The notes under the pieces: model-generated
What the model was told of the DNA's origin: nothing
The model's input: the letters and a program-made list of their open reading frames with translations, nothing else
Databases searched by the model: none
In this document: one piece after another, positions 19,403 through 28,475 of the stretch
Layout: the number at the start of each line of letters is the position of its first letter
Numbering within the stretch: the stretch's first letter is position 1
NCBI GenBank assembly: GCA_963717505.1
Contig: OY970342.1
Span: 160,001 to 224,000, forward strand
Source of the DNA: Candidatus Eiseniibacteriota bacterium
GTDB taxonomy: Bacteria > Eisenbacteria > RBG-16-71-46
DNA: 64,000 bases
Reading direction: 5' to 3'
Translations under genes and position numbers: made by a program

Positions 19403-20725
19403 ATGTCCACTTCGAAGATGGAATCTGTTCGCAGTCGTACCTCGATCCGAGCCGAACGCCCAATGATTGCTCTTCTACGATCTGGCCTGCTCGCCCTCGG
19501 ACTCTGCGCTGCCACCTCGCCGGCGGCGGCCCAGTGGTCGCGTGTCGACGCCGTTCCCGCGACCAATGTGCTCACGGTGCGGACCCTCGGCGACACCATC
19601 GTCGCGGGCACGTTCACCCGCGCCTACCTCAGCACCAATGCCGGTGCGAACTGGCAGCCCACCTCGCAGATCGGTGGCGGCGTGCCGATCCAGGCCGTGC
19701 TCGTGCGAAACGGCACGCTCTACGCCGGCACGAATCGGTCGGGCGTATTCACCAGCGGCGACTTGGGTCAGACGTGGCATGCGTTCAACGAGGGGTTGGT
19801 GGGCGGGATCGTGAACTCCCAGCTCGACGTCTCGGACCTCGAAGTGCTGGGGGACAGCCTGTATGCCGGGACATTCGGCGCCGGTGTCTATGTTCGTACC
19901 CTCGCCGGCGCGGGGACGTGGCACCATTTCGGCGAGGAGTTCGAGCCGAACCAGGCGTCCAACATCCGCGACCTCGCCGTGGGCGGGACGCGGCTGCTCA
20001 CCGACGCGGGCGCCAACGGCAGCGTGTTCTTCCGCGATCCCGGCGATGGCGATTGGACGATTTCCTGGCTCAACAACGTCGGTCTGCGTCCCAGCCTGGA
20101 GGCGTTCTCGACGGTGTGGACCGGAACGGGGTGGGTCGTGGCCACGGGTGTCGGGCGCGGCGTGTTCACGAGCACGCAGGGCCATGAACCGTGGACGTTC
20201 GTGGACCTCGGCCTCGGCTTGGTGAACTCGGGCACGGTGGCCACGCGCGGCCATCAGGTGTTCGGAGCGTTCAACCGCAACAACGACGTGGTGGTCGAAC
20301 ACAGTGGCGACGACGGCCTGACGTGGGATGTGCTGGACGTGCTGCCCAATGCGTTCGTCTTCCGGATGGCGACACACGGCACCGATCTCTATGCCGCTCG
20401 CGGCGATGGACTGTGGATCCGCTCGACCGCGACGGTGTCGGTGCCGGAACGTGGCCCGCACGCCACTCTGCGATTCGCGATCACAGGGCCGCAGCCGATC
20501 GGTGGCGTCGCACGCGTGCGCTTCGAGCTACCCGAAGCCGCTGCGGCAAAGATCGAAGTGTTCGACGTCACGGGGCGTCGCGTGGCTGAGCCCGTGCAGC
20601 AGCAGCTGGCGGCCGGTGCCCACGAGATCTCGTGGAACACACGCGACCTCGCTCCGGGCATCTACCAGGCGCGGCTGACGGCAGGGGGGCGGCAGGAGGC
20701 GGTGCGGCTGGTGCACGTGCAGTGA
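19403..20725 (+). CDS. Secreted BNR/beta-propeller protein with C-terminal FlgD-Ig/T9SS-like domain
   Basis: Signal peptide; SxxxGxxW Asp-box-like motifs (STNAGANW, SGDLGQTW, SGDDGLTW); C-term FDVTGRRV..GIYQARL. Confidence 0.82.
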   Translation: MSTSKMESVRSRTSIRAERPMIALLRSGLLALGLCAATSPAAAQWSRVDAVPATNVLTVRTLGDTIVAGTFTRAYLSTNAGANWQPTSQIGGGVPIQAVLVRNGTLYAGTNRSGVFTSGDLGQTWHAFNEGLVGGIVNSQLDVSDLEVLGDSLYAGTFGAGVYVRTLAGAGTWHHFGEEFEPNQASNIRDLAVGGTRLLTDAGANGSVFFRDPGDGDWTISWLNNVGLRPSLEAFSTVWTGTGWVVATGVGRGVFTSTQGHEPWTFVDLGLGLVNSGTVATRGHQVFGAFNRNNDVVVEHSGDDGLTWDVLDVLPNAFVFRMATHGTDLYAARGDGLWIRSTATVSVPERGPHATLRFAITGPQPIGGVARVRFELPEAAAAKIEVFDVTGRRVAEPVQQQLAAGAHEISWNTRDLAPGIYQARLTAGGRQEAVRLVHVQ

Positions 20726-20826
20726 TGCGCGCACGCGGCTAGCGCGGGGATGGCCATCGCACACAAGTTGCCCCGGTGTGATGACGATCGAGGCGGTGAG
20801 GGCTACGCGAGTTCGGCAGATGAAGC

Positions 20827-20875
20827 TCAGCCTCTCGTGACGCCGGTTCCGAAGCCGGTCGTCACGAGAGGCTGA
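20827..20875. terminator. Long hairpin between convergent genes
   Basis: TCAGCCTCTCGTGACG (20827-20842) pairs perfectly with CGTCACGAGAGGCTGA (20860-20875). Confidence 0.7.
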
Positions 20876-20902
20876 TGTTCCTGGGACCGACCGTGTATCC
20901 GT

Positions 20903-21355
20903 CTACCTGTGCATTGCGAAAATGAACTTCCAGTCCGGAGTGTCCCCGAGCCCGTACTTGGCTTCGAATGCCATGTTCGGGTTGATGTGGATTCCGCCGA
21001 TGAGTGCCCCTCCGAATTCCCAGTCGCCATCGCCGCCTTCAAAGTCGTACCAGGGGAACGACAGGCCGGCACCGATATAGGGCCTGAGGTCGGAGCTGGT
21101 CTTGAGGACGTAGTGCGCATCCAGGTTCGGAATGATCATGAAGACGTTGTCACCCCAGCCGAAGTCGATGCTCGGCACGAGGTCCATCTCTTCGCCCAAC
21201 GGGCGGGCGTTGTAGTGAAACCCAACCAGGAAGGCATCGGGGTCGATCGCCCATCCGATCTGGAGTCCGGCGCCTGTGATGCCACCGGCATGGGCGGGAA
21301 CGGCGGCAGTAGTCAGGACCACCGCAAGGATCATGAACGGCAGGGTGCGGCGCAT
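20903..21355 (-). CDS. Small outer-membrane beta-barrel protein
   Basis: Signal peptide ending PAHA; amphipathic strands, RPYIGAGL; AAAGGAG RBS. Confidence 0.75.
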   Translation of the reverse strand: MRRTLPFMILAVVLTTAAVPAHAGGITGAGLQIGWAIDPDAFLVGFHYNARPLGEEMDLVPSIDFGWGDNVFMIIPNLDAHYVLKTSSDLRPYIGAGLSFPWYDFEGGDGDWEFGGALIGGIHINPNMAFEAKYGLGDTPDWKFIFAMHR

Positions 21356-21797
21356 GGCGCTCCTTTCGACAAGTGGGGAACCAATGGGTCGTGGTCGGGG
21401 AGTGGTAGCGCTTGCCGCCCGTGGAGTCAAACATCCTTTCGGCTGGCTCACCCCCCGGCCCCCCACGGGCCCGCCCGAGCGGCCCCTCCGCACCCCTCCA
21501 CCTGCGGGATGCGCCGGATTCGCCAAACTCGACGTCACCTCCCGCACCGCCGCACGGCCCTCGCTTTCCTTCACTGCCCCTCTGGCGGGAGCCGACAGCC
21601 CGAACTTTGGTCGACATGCCAGGAACGCCCGCTCCCGCCGCGGGCGGCAGGCAACGGGTCAGACCATATGGAACGACCGGCTCGCGATCGTAAGGTCGTG
21701 CTTCTCGCGAGAGAAGACGACGGTGGCGGGGATGCCGCCACGCTCGATCGCGGGTTAGCGCTTGCGGCGCCAGAGCCGCATACGAAAGGAGCCGGTC

Positions 21798-22923
21798 GTG
21801 AGCTCGAACGCTATCACCTGGGTGGGGCTGGACGCACACAAGAACTCGATCCACGTCGCGATGCTGGTCCCGGGGCGGGAGGAGCCCCTGTGCTGGCAGG
21901 AAGCCAATGAGGAGACGGCGGTTCGGCGTCTGGCGCGACGGCTGACCCGCGAGGCGCCCGGTGAGGTGCGTGCCTGCTACGAGGCGGGCCCCCTGGGCTA
22001 TGCCCTCCAGCGGGCGCTCGAGGCCCAGCAGGTGATCTGCGAGGTGGTGGCGCCCTCGCTGATCCCGATCAAGCCCGGGGAACGGATCAAGACCGACTGG
22101 CGGGATGCGACGCAAGCTGGCCGAGCTGCTGCGCTCGGGGATGCTGACCGCTGTGCAACCTCCCAATGAGGCCGATGAGGCGTTGCGCGACTTGTGCCGC
22201 GGGCGCGACAGCGTGCGGCAGGACCTGATGCGGGCACGGCACCGCATGAGCAAGTTCCTGTTGCGCCGTGGCTATCGCTATCGCGACACCCAGCGTCACT
22301 GGGGTGTGCGACACATGAAGTGGCTACGGCCGCTCGGGTTCGAGCATGCCTCCGCCCAGGCGATCTTCGATCACTACCTGCTGACGATCGATCACCTCGA
22401 TGAGCGGTTGCGGCAGGTCGACGCCCACCTCGAGGCGTTCGGAGGACAGGAGCCCTATCGCCAGCCGGTGGCTTGGCTGCGCTGCTTCCGCGGCATTGAC
22501 ACGGTGACGGCGGTGAGTCTCGTCGCTGAGCTTCATGACTTCCGTCGCTTCCGATCGGCGCGTGCGTTGATGGCCTATCTGGGGTTGGTGCCCAGTGAAC
22601 ACTCCAGCGGTGAGCAACGCCGTCAGGGCAGCATCACGCGTGCGGGCAACCGCCACGTACGACGACTGCTGGTCGAGGCTGCGTGGCATCACCGCCATCG
22701 GCCCGTGCTCAGCCAGCCGCTACGCAAGCGTCGCGAGGGGCAACCCGCGCAGATCATCGCCATTGCGGATCGCGCGCAGGAGCGACTCCACGGGCGCTTC
22801 GTGCGCATGACCCGGCGTGGCATCCACTACAACAAGGTCGTCGTCGCCATGGCTCGCGAGCTCGTGGGCTACCTGTGGGCGACGCTTTATCCGCATGAGG
22901 TCGAGGCCCCACCCTCGACCTGA
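21798..22923 (+). CDS. IS110 transposase/recombinase, +1 frameshift at about 22110
   Basis: WVGLDAHK, CYEAGP, KTDxRDA then RKLAELL in the next frame; AYLGLVPSEHSSG..GSITRAGN; GAAAGGAG RBS. Confidence 0.9.
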
Positions 22924-22939
22924 ACGCTTGCGCAGCACG

Positions 22940-23140
22940 GAGAGAATCAGGAAGAAGGTCGGCACGATCCGAGGGCCGCGCGACTGCACTATGCGGTGAG
23001 CTAGCAGCATCGCCTGAATCCGCGATCTCAGACAGCGTGCCCTCTCGACGGAACACGGTCATGCGGCTCGGCCCGGGACGCCGGCGCAACCCGCGGATAC
23101 TAGAGTGACTCGTCGTCGAAGCGACCGGCCTTCTTCTTGA
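22940..23140 (+). ncRNA. Putative bridge/seek RNA in IS right end (boundaries approximate)
   Basis: GAAGAAGGTCGG near 22951 can pair with CCGGCCTTCTTC near 23125; internal ATACTAGA (23097-23104) equals the predicted circle junction; CACT and TCAG segments match the target flanks. Confidence 0.65.
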
Positions 23141-23230
23141 TCCACTCCGAAGCGGGAACAAACCAAACGGGCCACCCGCTGGGGTGGCCGTAAGGGACGA
23201 AACTGTGCCTTGACCTAGGGTCGTTCCATA

Positions 23231-25201
23231 CTAGTGAAGCAGCGTCACACGCTGCGTCGCCGACCCGGATTCGGCACGTGCATGGATGAAGTACAGCCCA
23301 CTCGGCAAGCGGTGGCTGTCAAACGTGACCTCATGGGAGCCCGAACCGAGCGGATCGTCCAGGAGCAGCGCCACGCGGTGCCCCGAGACGTCGTACACGC
23401 CAATCGAGACGTGTTGTGGGCGGTCCAGCGACACGATGACTCGCCATGCCCCCACGCCGGGGTTCGCGGTCGCCAGCGCGAGAGAGAGCCGCGGCAGCGA
23501 CGGCGGCAGGACCGACGTCACCCCGACCACAAACGAACCCTGACTCGGCGGGCTTCCGCTGAAGGCGTTGTCCACGGCCCTTACGGTCCAGCCATAGTGG
23601 CCCGTCGGTAATCCGTGAATCGTCCACAGCGTGTTGCGGCTCACGTTGCCGGGCTGCGGGATGAGTCCCGCGACCGCCTCCGCAGACCCGCTCAATCCGG
23701 GCCGCGGCGCCCCCCCGCCGGTGAGTTGCAGCTCGTAGCTGAGCGACGCGGCAGGAGTGCCATCGTCGTTCGACGCGTTCCACGAGAGCATCACCGCGTC
23801 CGCTCCAACGCTTGCCTGGAGGTTGGTCGGGGCGCTGGGCGCCGCATTGTGGCCAGGAGCGTCATTGCGAAACAGTTGCGCGCGAGACTCGATCAGGCCG
23901 TTCCCGCCGGGTACGTAGTATCCGCCGGCCACGAAGTAGTCGAGATCGCCGTCGCCGTCGATGTCGAACCAGGTGAAGGCGCCGCCCGTGTTGCCGAAGT
24001 TGGGCGCTGGAAGGGACTCGCCGGCCAGCGTGAAGACGCCGCCCTCATTCGCATAGACTTCCGAACGGCCGACGATCTCACCATCCCCGAGTTGCTGGCC
24101 GGTGATGAGAAGATCGATGTCGCCATCCGAGTCGTAGTCCGCCCATGTCACGCCCTCGAAATCGAGCCACGGCTCCGTGGGGCTCTGGAACTCGTGGACG
24201 ACATCCACCGGCGTCCACCCGCCCGGGTTCCTGAAAAGAATACGCACTACCGTCTCGCCCGTCTCGTCGGGGCGCACGAGATTGCCGCCCACGACGATGT
24301 CGAAGTCTCCGTCACCGTCGGCATCGCCCAGGTCGGCGGTACCGTATGAGATCACCGCCAGCGCGGAATCCACACGCGCCAGTGTCCCGGAGTCGTTCCG
24401 GTACAGGTCGACCGTGGGAGGCTCGAACTGGCCCATGGTGGCCAACATCAGGTCGAGGTCGCCGTCCCCGTCCATATCGGCCCAGGCGGTGGCTGCGGTA
24501 GTGGCCACCGGCAGCGGCTGTCCCGTGTCCGTGAACGTCCACGCATCGCCGGTCGCCGGACCGTCGTTGCGCAACACCATGGCCGGCAGTCCCTCGAATT
24601 CGCCCGACACGCATGGCAACATCAGGTCGAGATCGCCGTCGTTGTCCACGTCCGCCCAGGTCATGCTGCGCTGATCCATGGTGAGGAAATCGGACTCCTC
24701 CTGGTACGCCGGGAGCACCGTGGACGTGCGCAAAAGCGTACCCGCGTCATTCCGATAGAGGGTCGTCGACCCCTCCCCGCCCACGACGGCGTCCGGATCG
24801 CCGTCGCCGTCATAGTCGCCCCACGCCAGGTCACCAGCGCCAAAGAACAGATCGGTGGCATCCACAGACACGGGTGTGAACGCCCACGAGCCCCCAGGCA
24901 CCGGGCCGTCGTTGCGGTAGAGCGTCAGAAGGTGTTCCACGGACCCGAAGTAGACGACGTAGTACCCGGCGACCAGGAGATCCAGATCGCCGTCCGCGTC
25001 CACATCCGCGGGTGCAACGCTGGCGATCCAGAAGTCGGTGTTCGGGCCGGTGTTGAACAGCGTGTCAGTGAGTGAGAGTTCGGTGAATTCGCCCTGGGCG
25101 CGCACGGGTCCCGGAGCGATGGCACTCGCGAGGAGCGCGAGCGCCGCGCAGACGGTGAGCCTGGCTGCGCGAGTGCGTGGTGGCGTAAATGTGGGGGCCA
25201 T
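23231..25201 (-). CDS. Secreted FG-GAP repeat protein with FN3 and C-terminal FlgD-Ig/T9SS-like domain
   Basis: Seven 'D(V/Y/M)DxDGDxD' repeats; APSAPTNL..LSWNAS FN3; C-term YDVSGHRV..SGLYFIH. Confidence 0.88.
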   Translation of the reverse strand: MAPTFTPPRTRAARLTVCAALALLASAIAPGPVRAQGEFTELSLTDTLFNTGPNTDFWIASVAPADVDADGDLDLLVAGYYVVYFGSVEHLLTLYRNDGPVPGGSWAFTPVSVDATDLFFGAGDLAWGDYDGDGDPDAVVGGEGSTTLYRNDAGTLLRTSTVLPAYQEESDFLTMDQRSMTWADVDNDGDLDLMLPCVSGEFEGLPAMVLRNDGPATGDAWTFTDTGQPLPVATTAATAWADMDGDGDLDLMLATMGQFEPPTVDLYRNDSGTLARVDSALAVISYGTADLGDADGDGDFDIVVGGNLVRPDETGETVVRILFRNPGGWTPVDVVHEFQSPTEPWLDFEGVTWADYDSDGDIDLLITGQQLGDGEIVGRSEVYANEGGVFTLAGESLPAPNFGNTGGAFTWFDIDGDGDLDYFVAGGYYVPGGNGLIESRAQLFRNDAPGHNAAPSAPTNLQASVGADAVMLSWNASNDDGTPAASLSYELQLTGGGAPRPGLSGSAEAVAGLIPQPGNVSRNTLWTIHGLPTGHYGWTVRAVDNAFSGSPPSQGSFVVGVTSVLPPSLPRLSLALATANPGVGAWRVIVSLDRPQHVSIGVYDVSGHRVALLLDDPLGSGSHEVTFDSHRLPSGLYFIHARAESGSATQRVTLLH

Positions 25202-25282
25202 GGTCCCTGCCTTTCTCGGCCATGTAGGGAGAATCTGAGACGAATGGCTGACAAGCTGGCAGCGGCGGGGTCGGGTGCGTAA

Positions 25283-26701
25283 CTAGCGAATCAGCGTCAC
25301 TGTCCTCGATCCCACGCGGGATCCGGACTCGAGCCGGACCACGTAGATGCCCGAAGGCATTACTCTGCCCTGGGAGTCTCGGCCGTTCCAGGTGAGAGTG
25401 TGGGGGCCCGCCGCGAACTTCTGGTCGGAAAGGACATTCAAGCGCCGGCCGGTCAGGTCATAGATTCCGATCTTGACCCGTCCCTCGAGCTTGAGCGCAA
25501 ACGAGAGAGTCGTCAGCGAATTCGACGGGTTGGGATGGACACCGGTGAGCATCGTCTGGCCGTCGACGGCACCCGGGTCCACCGACGCCGTTCCGTCGTC
25601 CACCGTCCACATCAATGCATGATCCAGATTGTCCCCGGCGACAGTGCCGGTGCCGATGATCTGACCACGATTGTTGATTCCCTTCGCGACACTGTAGTGG
25701 CCCCCCGGCCAAACGCCGAGGTCGATTGCCTCGCCGTTGCGCCAGAGGATCGCATGCGCGTCGATGTTCGGGGAGCCGGCGTATCCTGCTACGTCGCCGC
25801 GATTATTCACCGCGGTTGGCGTCGCGGAGAAGAATCCGGAAGGCATCGGCAGCTGATTGATCGTCGGCGTGCTGTTGGGGTTTGAAATGTCATATCCCCA
25901 GGTGACCGGATAGATGTTGCTCTTCCCGGCAATCAAACCCGTATTGCTGATCGCGTAGGCTTCGCTTACGACCTGACCGCTCAGCCCACCGAGGCCGATC
26001 ATCTGACCATTGCGCCAGAGGAACCCGCGAATCAGCGAGCCGACCGCGCCGTTGCCGACCACGTGGCTCAAATCGTTGATGCCGTAGGCTTCGCTGTAGT
26101 TCAAAGGAGTGCCTTGACCCAAGAAACCTAGATCAATGGCCTCTGTGTCCTTGTTGGGCCACAGAACGGCGTGCGTGTAGTAGTTCGGTGCGCCCTCCTT
26201 ACCCGTACCCACGAGCTGGCCCAGATTGTTGATGCCGTGAGCCCTGGTGTGAAGGCCTCCGTAGAAGGGGTCAACGCCCGCCATCGCGGGTAGTTCGAAG
26301 GCGTCCCCGGCGGAATTCCAGTAGACGCCTTGGTACACATTGTCACCATAAACCTCGCTGCCAGCCATTTCTCTGCTGTCATTGATGTGCTCCGGGATCG
26401 CAGTGCTGGCGGGACTCATGTTCTCCGCCATACCCACGATGGCTCCGGAGTTTGCGTTCCAAAATGGTCGCAGCAGGGCGAAGGTATTGTCGTTCGCCAA
26501 ACCAACGGCGATCGGCTCGTTGTTGATCGCCAATCCGCTTGACCCGGTCCCTTGGGGAAGCAGTCCGAGGTCGGTAATGATGATCCGTGACCCGCCGGGG
26601 GAATACTGGATCGACTTCTCCGCCTCGGCGCTGGAGATCGACAGGGTGCTTGCGACGGCCGTGACGACGATGACGTTCTTGACCCAGCGCGGGGATGGCA
26701 T
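25283..26701 (-). CDS. Secreted HAF-type repeat protein with C-terminal FlgD-Ig domain
   Basis: Repeats 'SxAxGINxxGQxVG...HAxLW...xDLG'; PNPS..YDLTGRR..WNGRDSQGR.MPSGIYVVRL. Confidence 0.85.
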   Translation of the reverse strand: MPSPRWVKNVIVVTAVASTLSISSAEAEKSIQYSPGGSRIIITDLGLLPQGTGSSGLAINNEPIAVGLANDNTFALLRPFWNANSGAIVGMAENMSPASTAIPEHINDSREMAGSEVYGDNVYQGVYWNSAGDAFELPAMAGVDPFYGGLHTRAHGINNLGQLVGTGKEGAPNYYTHAVLWPNKDTEAIDLGFLGQGTPLNYSEAYGINDLSHVVGNGAVGSLIRGFLWRNGQMIGLGGLSGQVVSEAYAISNTGLIAGKSNIYPVTWGYDISNPNSTPTINQLPMPSGFFSATPTAVNNRGDVAGYAGSPNIDAHAILWRNGEAIDLGVWPGGHYSVAKGINNRGQIIGTGTVAGDNLDHALMWTVDDGTASVDPGAVDGQTMLTGVHPNPSNSLTTLSFALKLEGRVKIGIYDLTGRRLNVLSDQKFAAGPHTLTWNGRDSQGRVMPSGIYVVRLESGSRVGSRTVTLIR

Positions 26702-27156
26702 CGCGATACCTCCATTTCCAGGGTAAATGCCTGGTCGCCAGGTGTCGGCGAATCCGTCGGCATCTGGAGGGGTCGTTGCCCGTCACGTTTCTGGCGGGAG
26801 ACCAGAATACAACTTTGGCAGCGGTGTCCAGCCAACAAATCATCGAGCAACCTGTGTGCCCGACCGCATGCGCGACATGCCTTGGGGCAAGTCCTTTCAT
26901 CGCATGACGGGGAACCGCGGCTCGGCGTCTCGTGAACCGCGGTGAGTCGGCCGGCCGCTGTCAACTTGGCAGCCGAATCGGAAATCCTGTCAGGGCCGCC
27001 CTGATCGCGGCCCTCATGCCGCGGCGCAAGTAGGGGCACCACTGAACGTCTCCCGACAATGAGAGGATCGCCATTGCCACGGGGCGATCGCGCCGATACC
27101 TTCAAGGCAGCGAGTCGGCTCCTTCCGGTTCGCCCGCGGAGGATCGAGGAGGTGCC

Positions 27157-27435
27157 ATGAGCGTTGGGTCTGTGTCCGTCGCTCCGGCGGTGTCGCCGGC
27201 ATCCACGAACGATCGCCCCGCTCATCCTTCACGCACGCGCGCCTGCATCGCGCTCGGGCTGCTCATCGCGCTCGTGCTTCAGGCCGGCGTTGCACTGATG
27301 ACGCCGCGCGATCGCTGGACCGAGGATCGGGCGAGCATGAAGGCGCTGCGGCATGGCGCGGCCACGGTGAGCGTACCCGGGCAGGTCGCCAAGCCGGGCG
27401 TCAATGCAAAGGGCGAGATCGACCCGAATTGCTGA
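27157..27435 (+). CDS. Small hypothetical membrane protein
   Basis: GAGGAGG RBS before ATG; one hydrophobic helix. Confidence 0.5.
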   Translation: MSVGSVSVAPAVSPASTNDRPAHPSRTRACIALGLLIALVLQAGVALMTPRDRWTEDRASMKALRHGAATVSVPGQVAKPGVNAKGEIDPNC

Positions 27436-27482
27436 CGACGCCGCCGCGGCCAGGGGGTGATCGTGCACCGTCAGCTCAACGC

Positions 27483-28376
27483 GTGACCCACCGCTGCCAG
27501 CACGGGACGCGCCGGTCGAGATGGGGATCGAGCGGGCTGCTCCTTCTCGCCGCACTTGCGTCAGGCTGTGGCGTCGCTGTCCCGCTCGAGATCCAGCCGT
27601 TCAGGATCGAGTCGAGCGACTGGTACCCCGCATGGTCTCCGGATGGTACGCACATTGCCTACCTCCACTACGCGTCCGAGTCGTATCAAGGCGTCTGGCT
27701 CGTGGACAGCGCGGGCGCCGCGCCCCACCAGATCGTGCCGGGCGCCTGGCAGAGCCTCGATTGGTCGCCCGATGGGACGCATCTCGCGCTTGGCGGGAAC
27801 GGCATCTATTCCGTCAACGTGAACGGCGGTCCGCCCCAGGCGATCACGACGTTCGGTTTGTTGCCGCGCTGGTCGCCCACCGGCAACGAGCTTGCCTTTC
27901 AGAGTTACGACACGAGCGGCGTCGGAAGCATCGGGCTCGTGTCGCAGGACGGCAGCGCGCTGCGAGCGCTCGCGCCACCAGACACCGAGAGCTGGAGCGA
28001 GCCTGACTGGTCTCCGGACGGCACGCACCTCGTCCACGTTCGCAGGCTGCCGCGCGACGGCCAGTCGGATCTCTTCGTGATGGACACGACCGGCCATGCC
28101 GCGGTGCGACTCACAACGGACGGCAACGAAGACCGCGGGCCCGTGTGGTCGCCGGACGGACAGTGGATCGCCTGGAGCATCGGGACGTTCCCGCCCTCGA
28201 ACGAACTCTGGCTCATGAAGCCCGACGGCACGGGAGCCCACATGTTGGCCTACGGCGGGGATCCGTCATGGTCGCCGGACTCGCGTCAGCTCGTATACAG
28301 CGTGCTCCAGTTCAATATCGTCCGGCTCTTCGCGATCGACATCACGACATCGCGAGTCAGGCAGATCACGCGATAG
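27483..28376 (+). CDS. TolB-like PD40 beta-propeller lipoprotein
   Basis: Lipobox LASGC; six WSP(D/T) repeats; start uncertain. Confidence 0.85.
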   Translation: MTHRCQHGTRRSRWGSSGLLLLAALASGCGVAVPLEIQPFRIESSDWYPAWSPDGTHIAYLHYASESYQGVWLVDSAGAAPHQIVPGAWQSLDWSPDGTHLALGGNGIYSVNVNGGPPQAITTFGLLPRWSPTGNELAFQSYDTSGVGSIGLVSQDGSALRALAPPDTESWSEPDWSPDGTHLVHVRRLPRDGQSDLFVMDTTGHAAVRLTTDGNEDRGPVWSPDGQWIAWSIGTFPPSNELWLMKPDGTGAHMLAYGGDPSWSPDSRQLVYSVLQFNIVRLFAIDITTSRVRQITR

Positions 28377-28393
28377 GCCGCCGCCGCGTCTTT

Positions 28394-28432
28394 AGCTCGA
28401 GATTGAAGGTTCGATTCCTTCGCGGCGTACCA
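28394..28432 (+). pseudogene. 3' fragment of a tRNA gene (possible att-site remnant)
   Basis: T-arm GAAGG-TTCGATT-CCTTC, 7-nt acceptor strand GCGGCGT, discriminator A, CCA; no D arm or anticodon stem upstream. Confidence 0.65.
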
Positions 28433-28475
28433 CTCTCCTCGCCCAACTGAGTCGCGATCCGGCCTGGTGTGCGGG

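Larger units (their letters stand above)
21661..23232 (+). mobile_element. IS110-family insertion sequence, IS1111 subgroup
   Basis: Sub-terminal IR TATGGAACGACC (21667-21678) / GGTCGTTCCATA (23219-23230); AG core at 21661-2 and 23233-4; DEDD transposase; long right non-coding end. Confidence 0.88.

Noticed and set aside
22095-22120. Programmed frameshift in the IS110 transposase
   Set aside because: No slippery run; IS110 transposases are normally single ORFs; matches the window-wide single-base insertion pattern
26702-27156. Possible ncRNA or gene in the divergent intergenic region
   Set aside because: No recognisable RNA motif or credible ORF; only a short GAACCGCGG repeat
28370-28432. 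Complete tRNA gene
   Set aside because: No D arm or paired anticodon stem, and the needed 5' half would overlap the upstream CDS end
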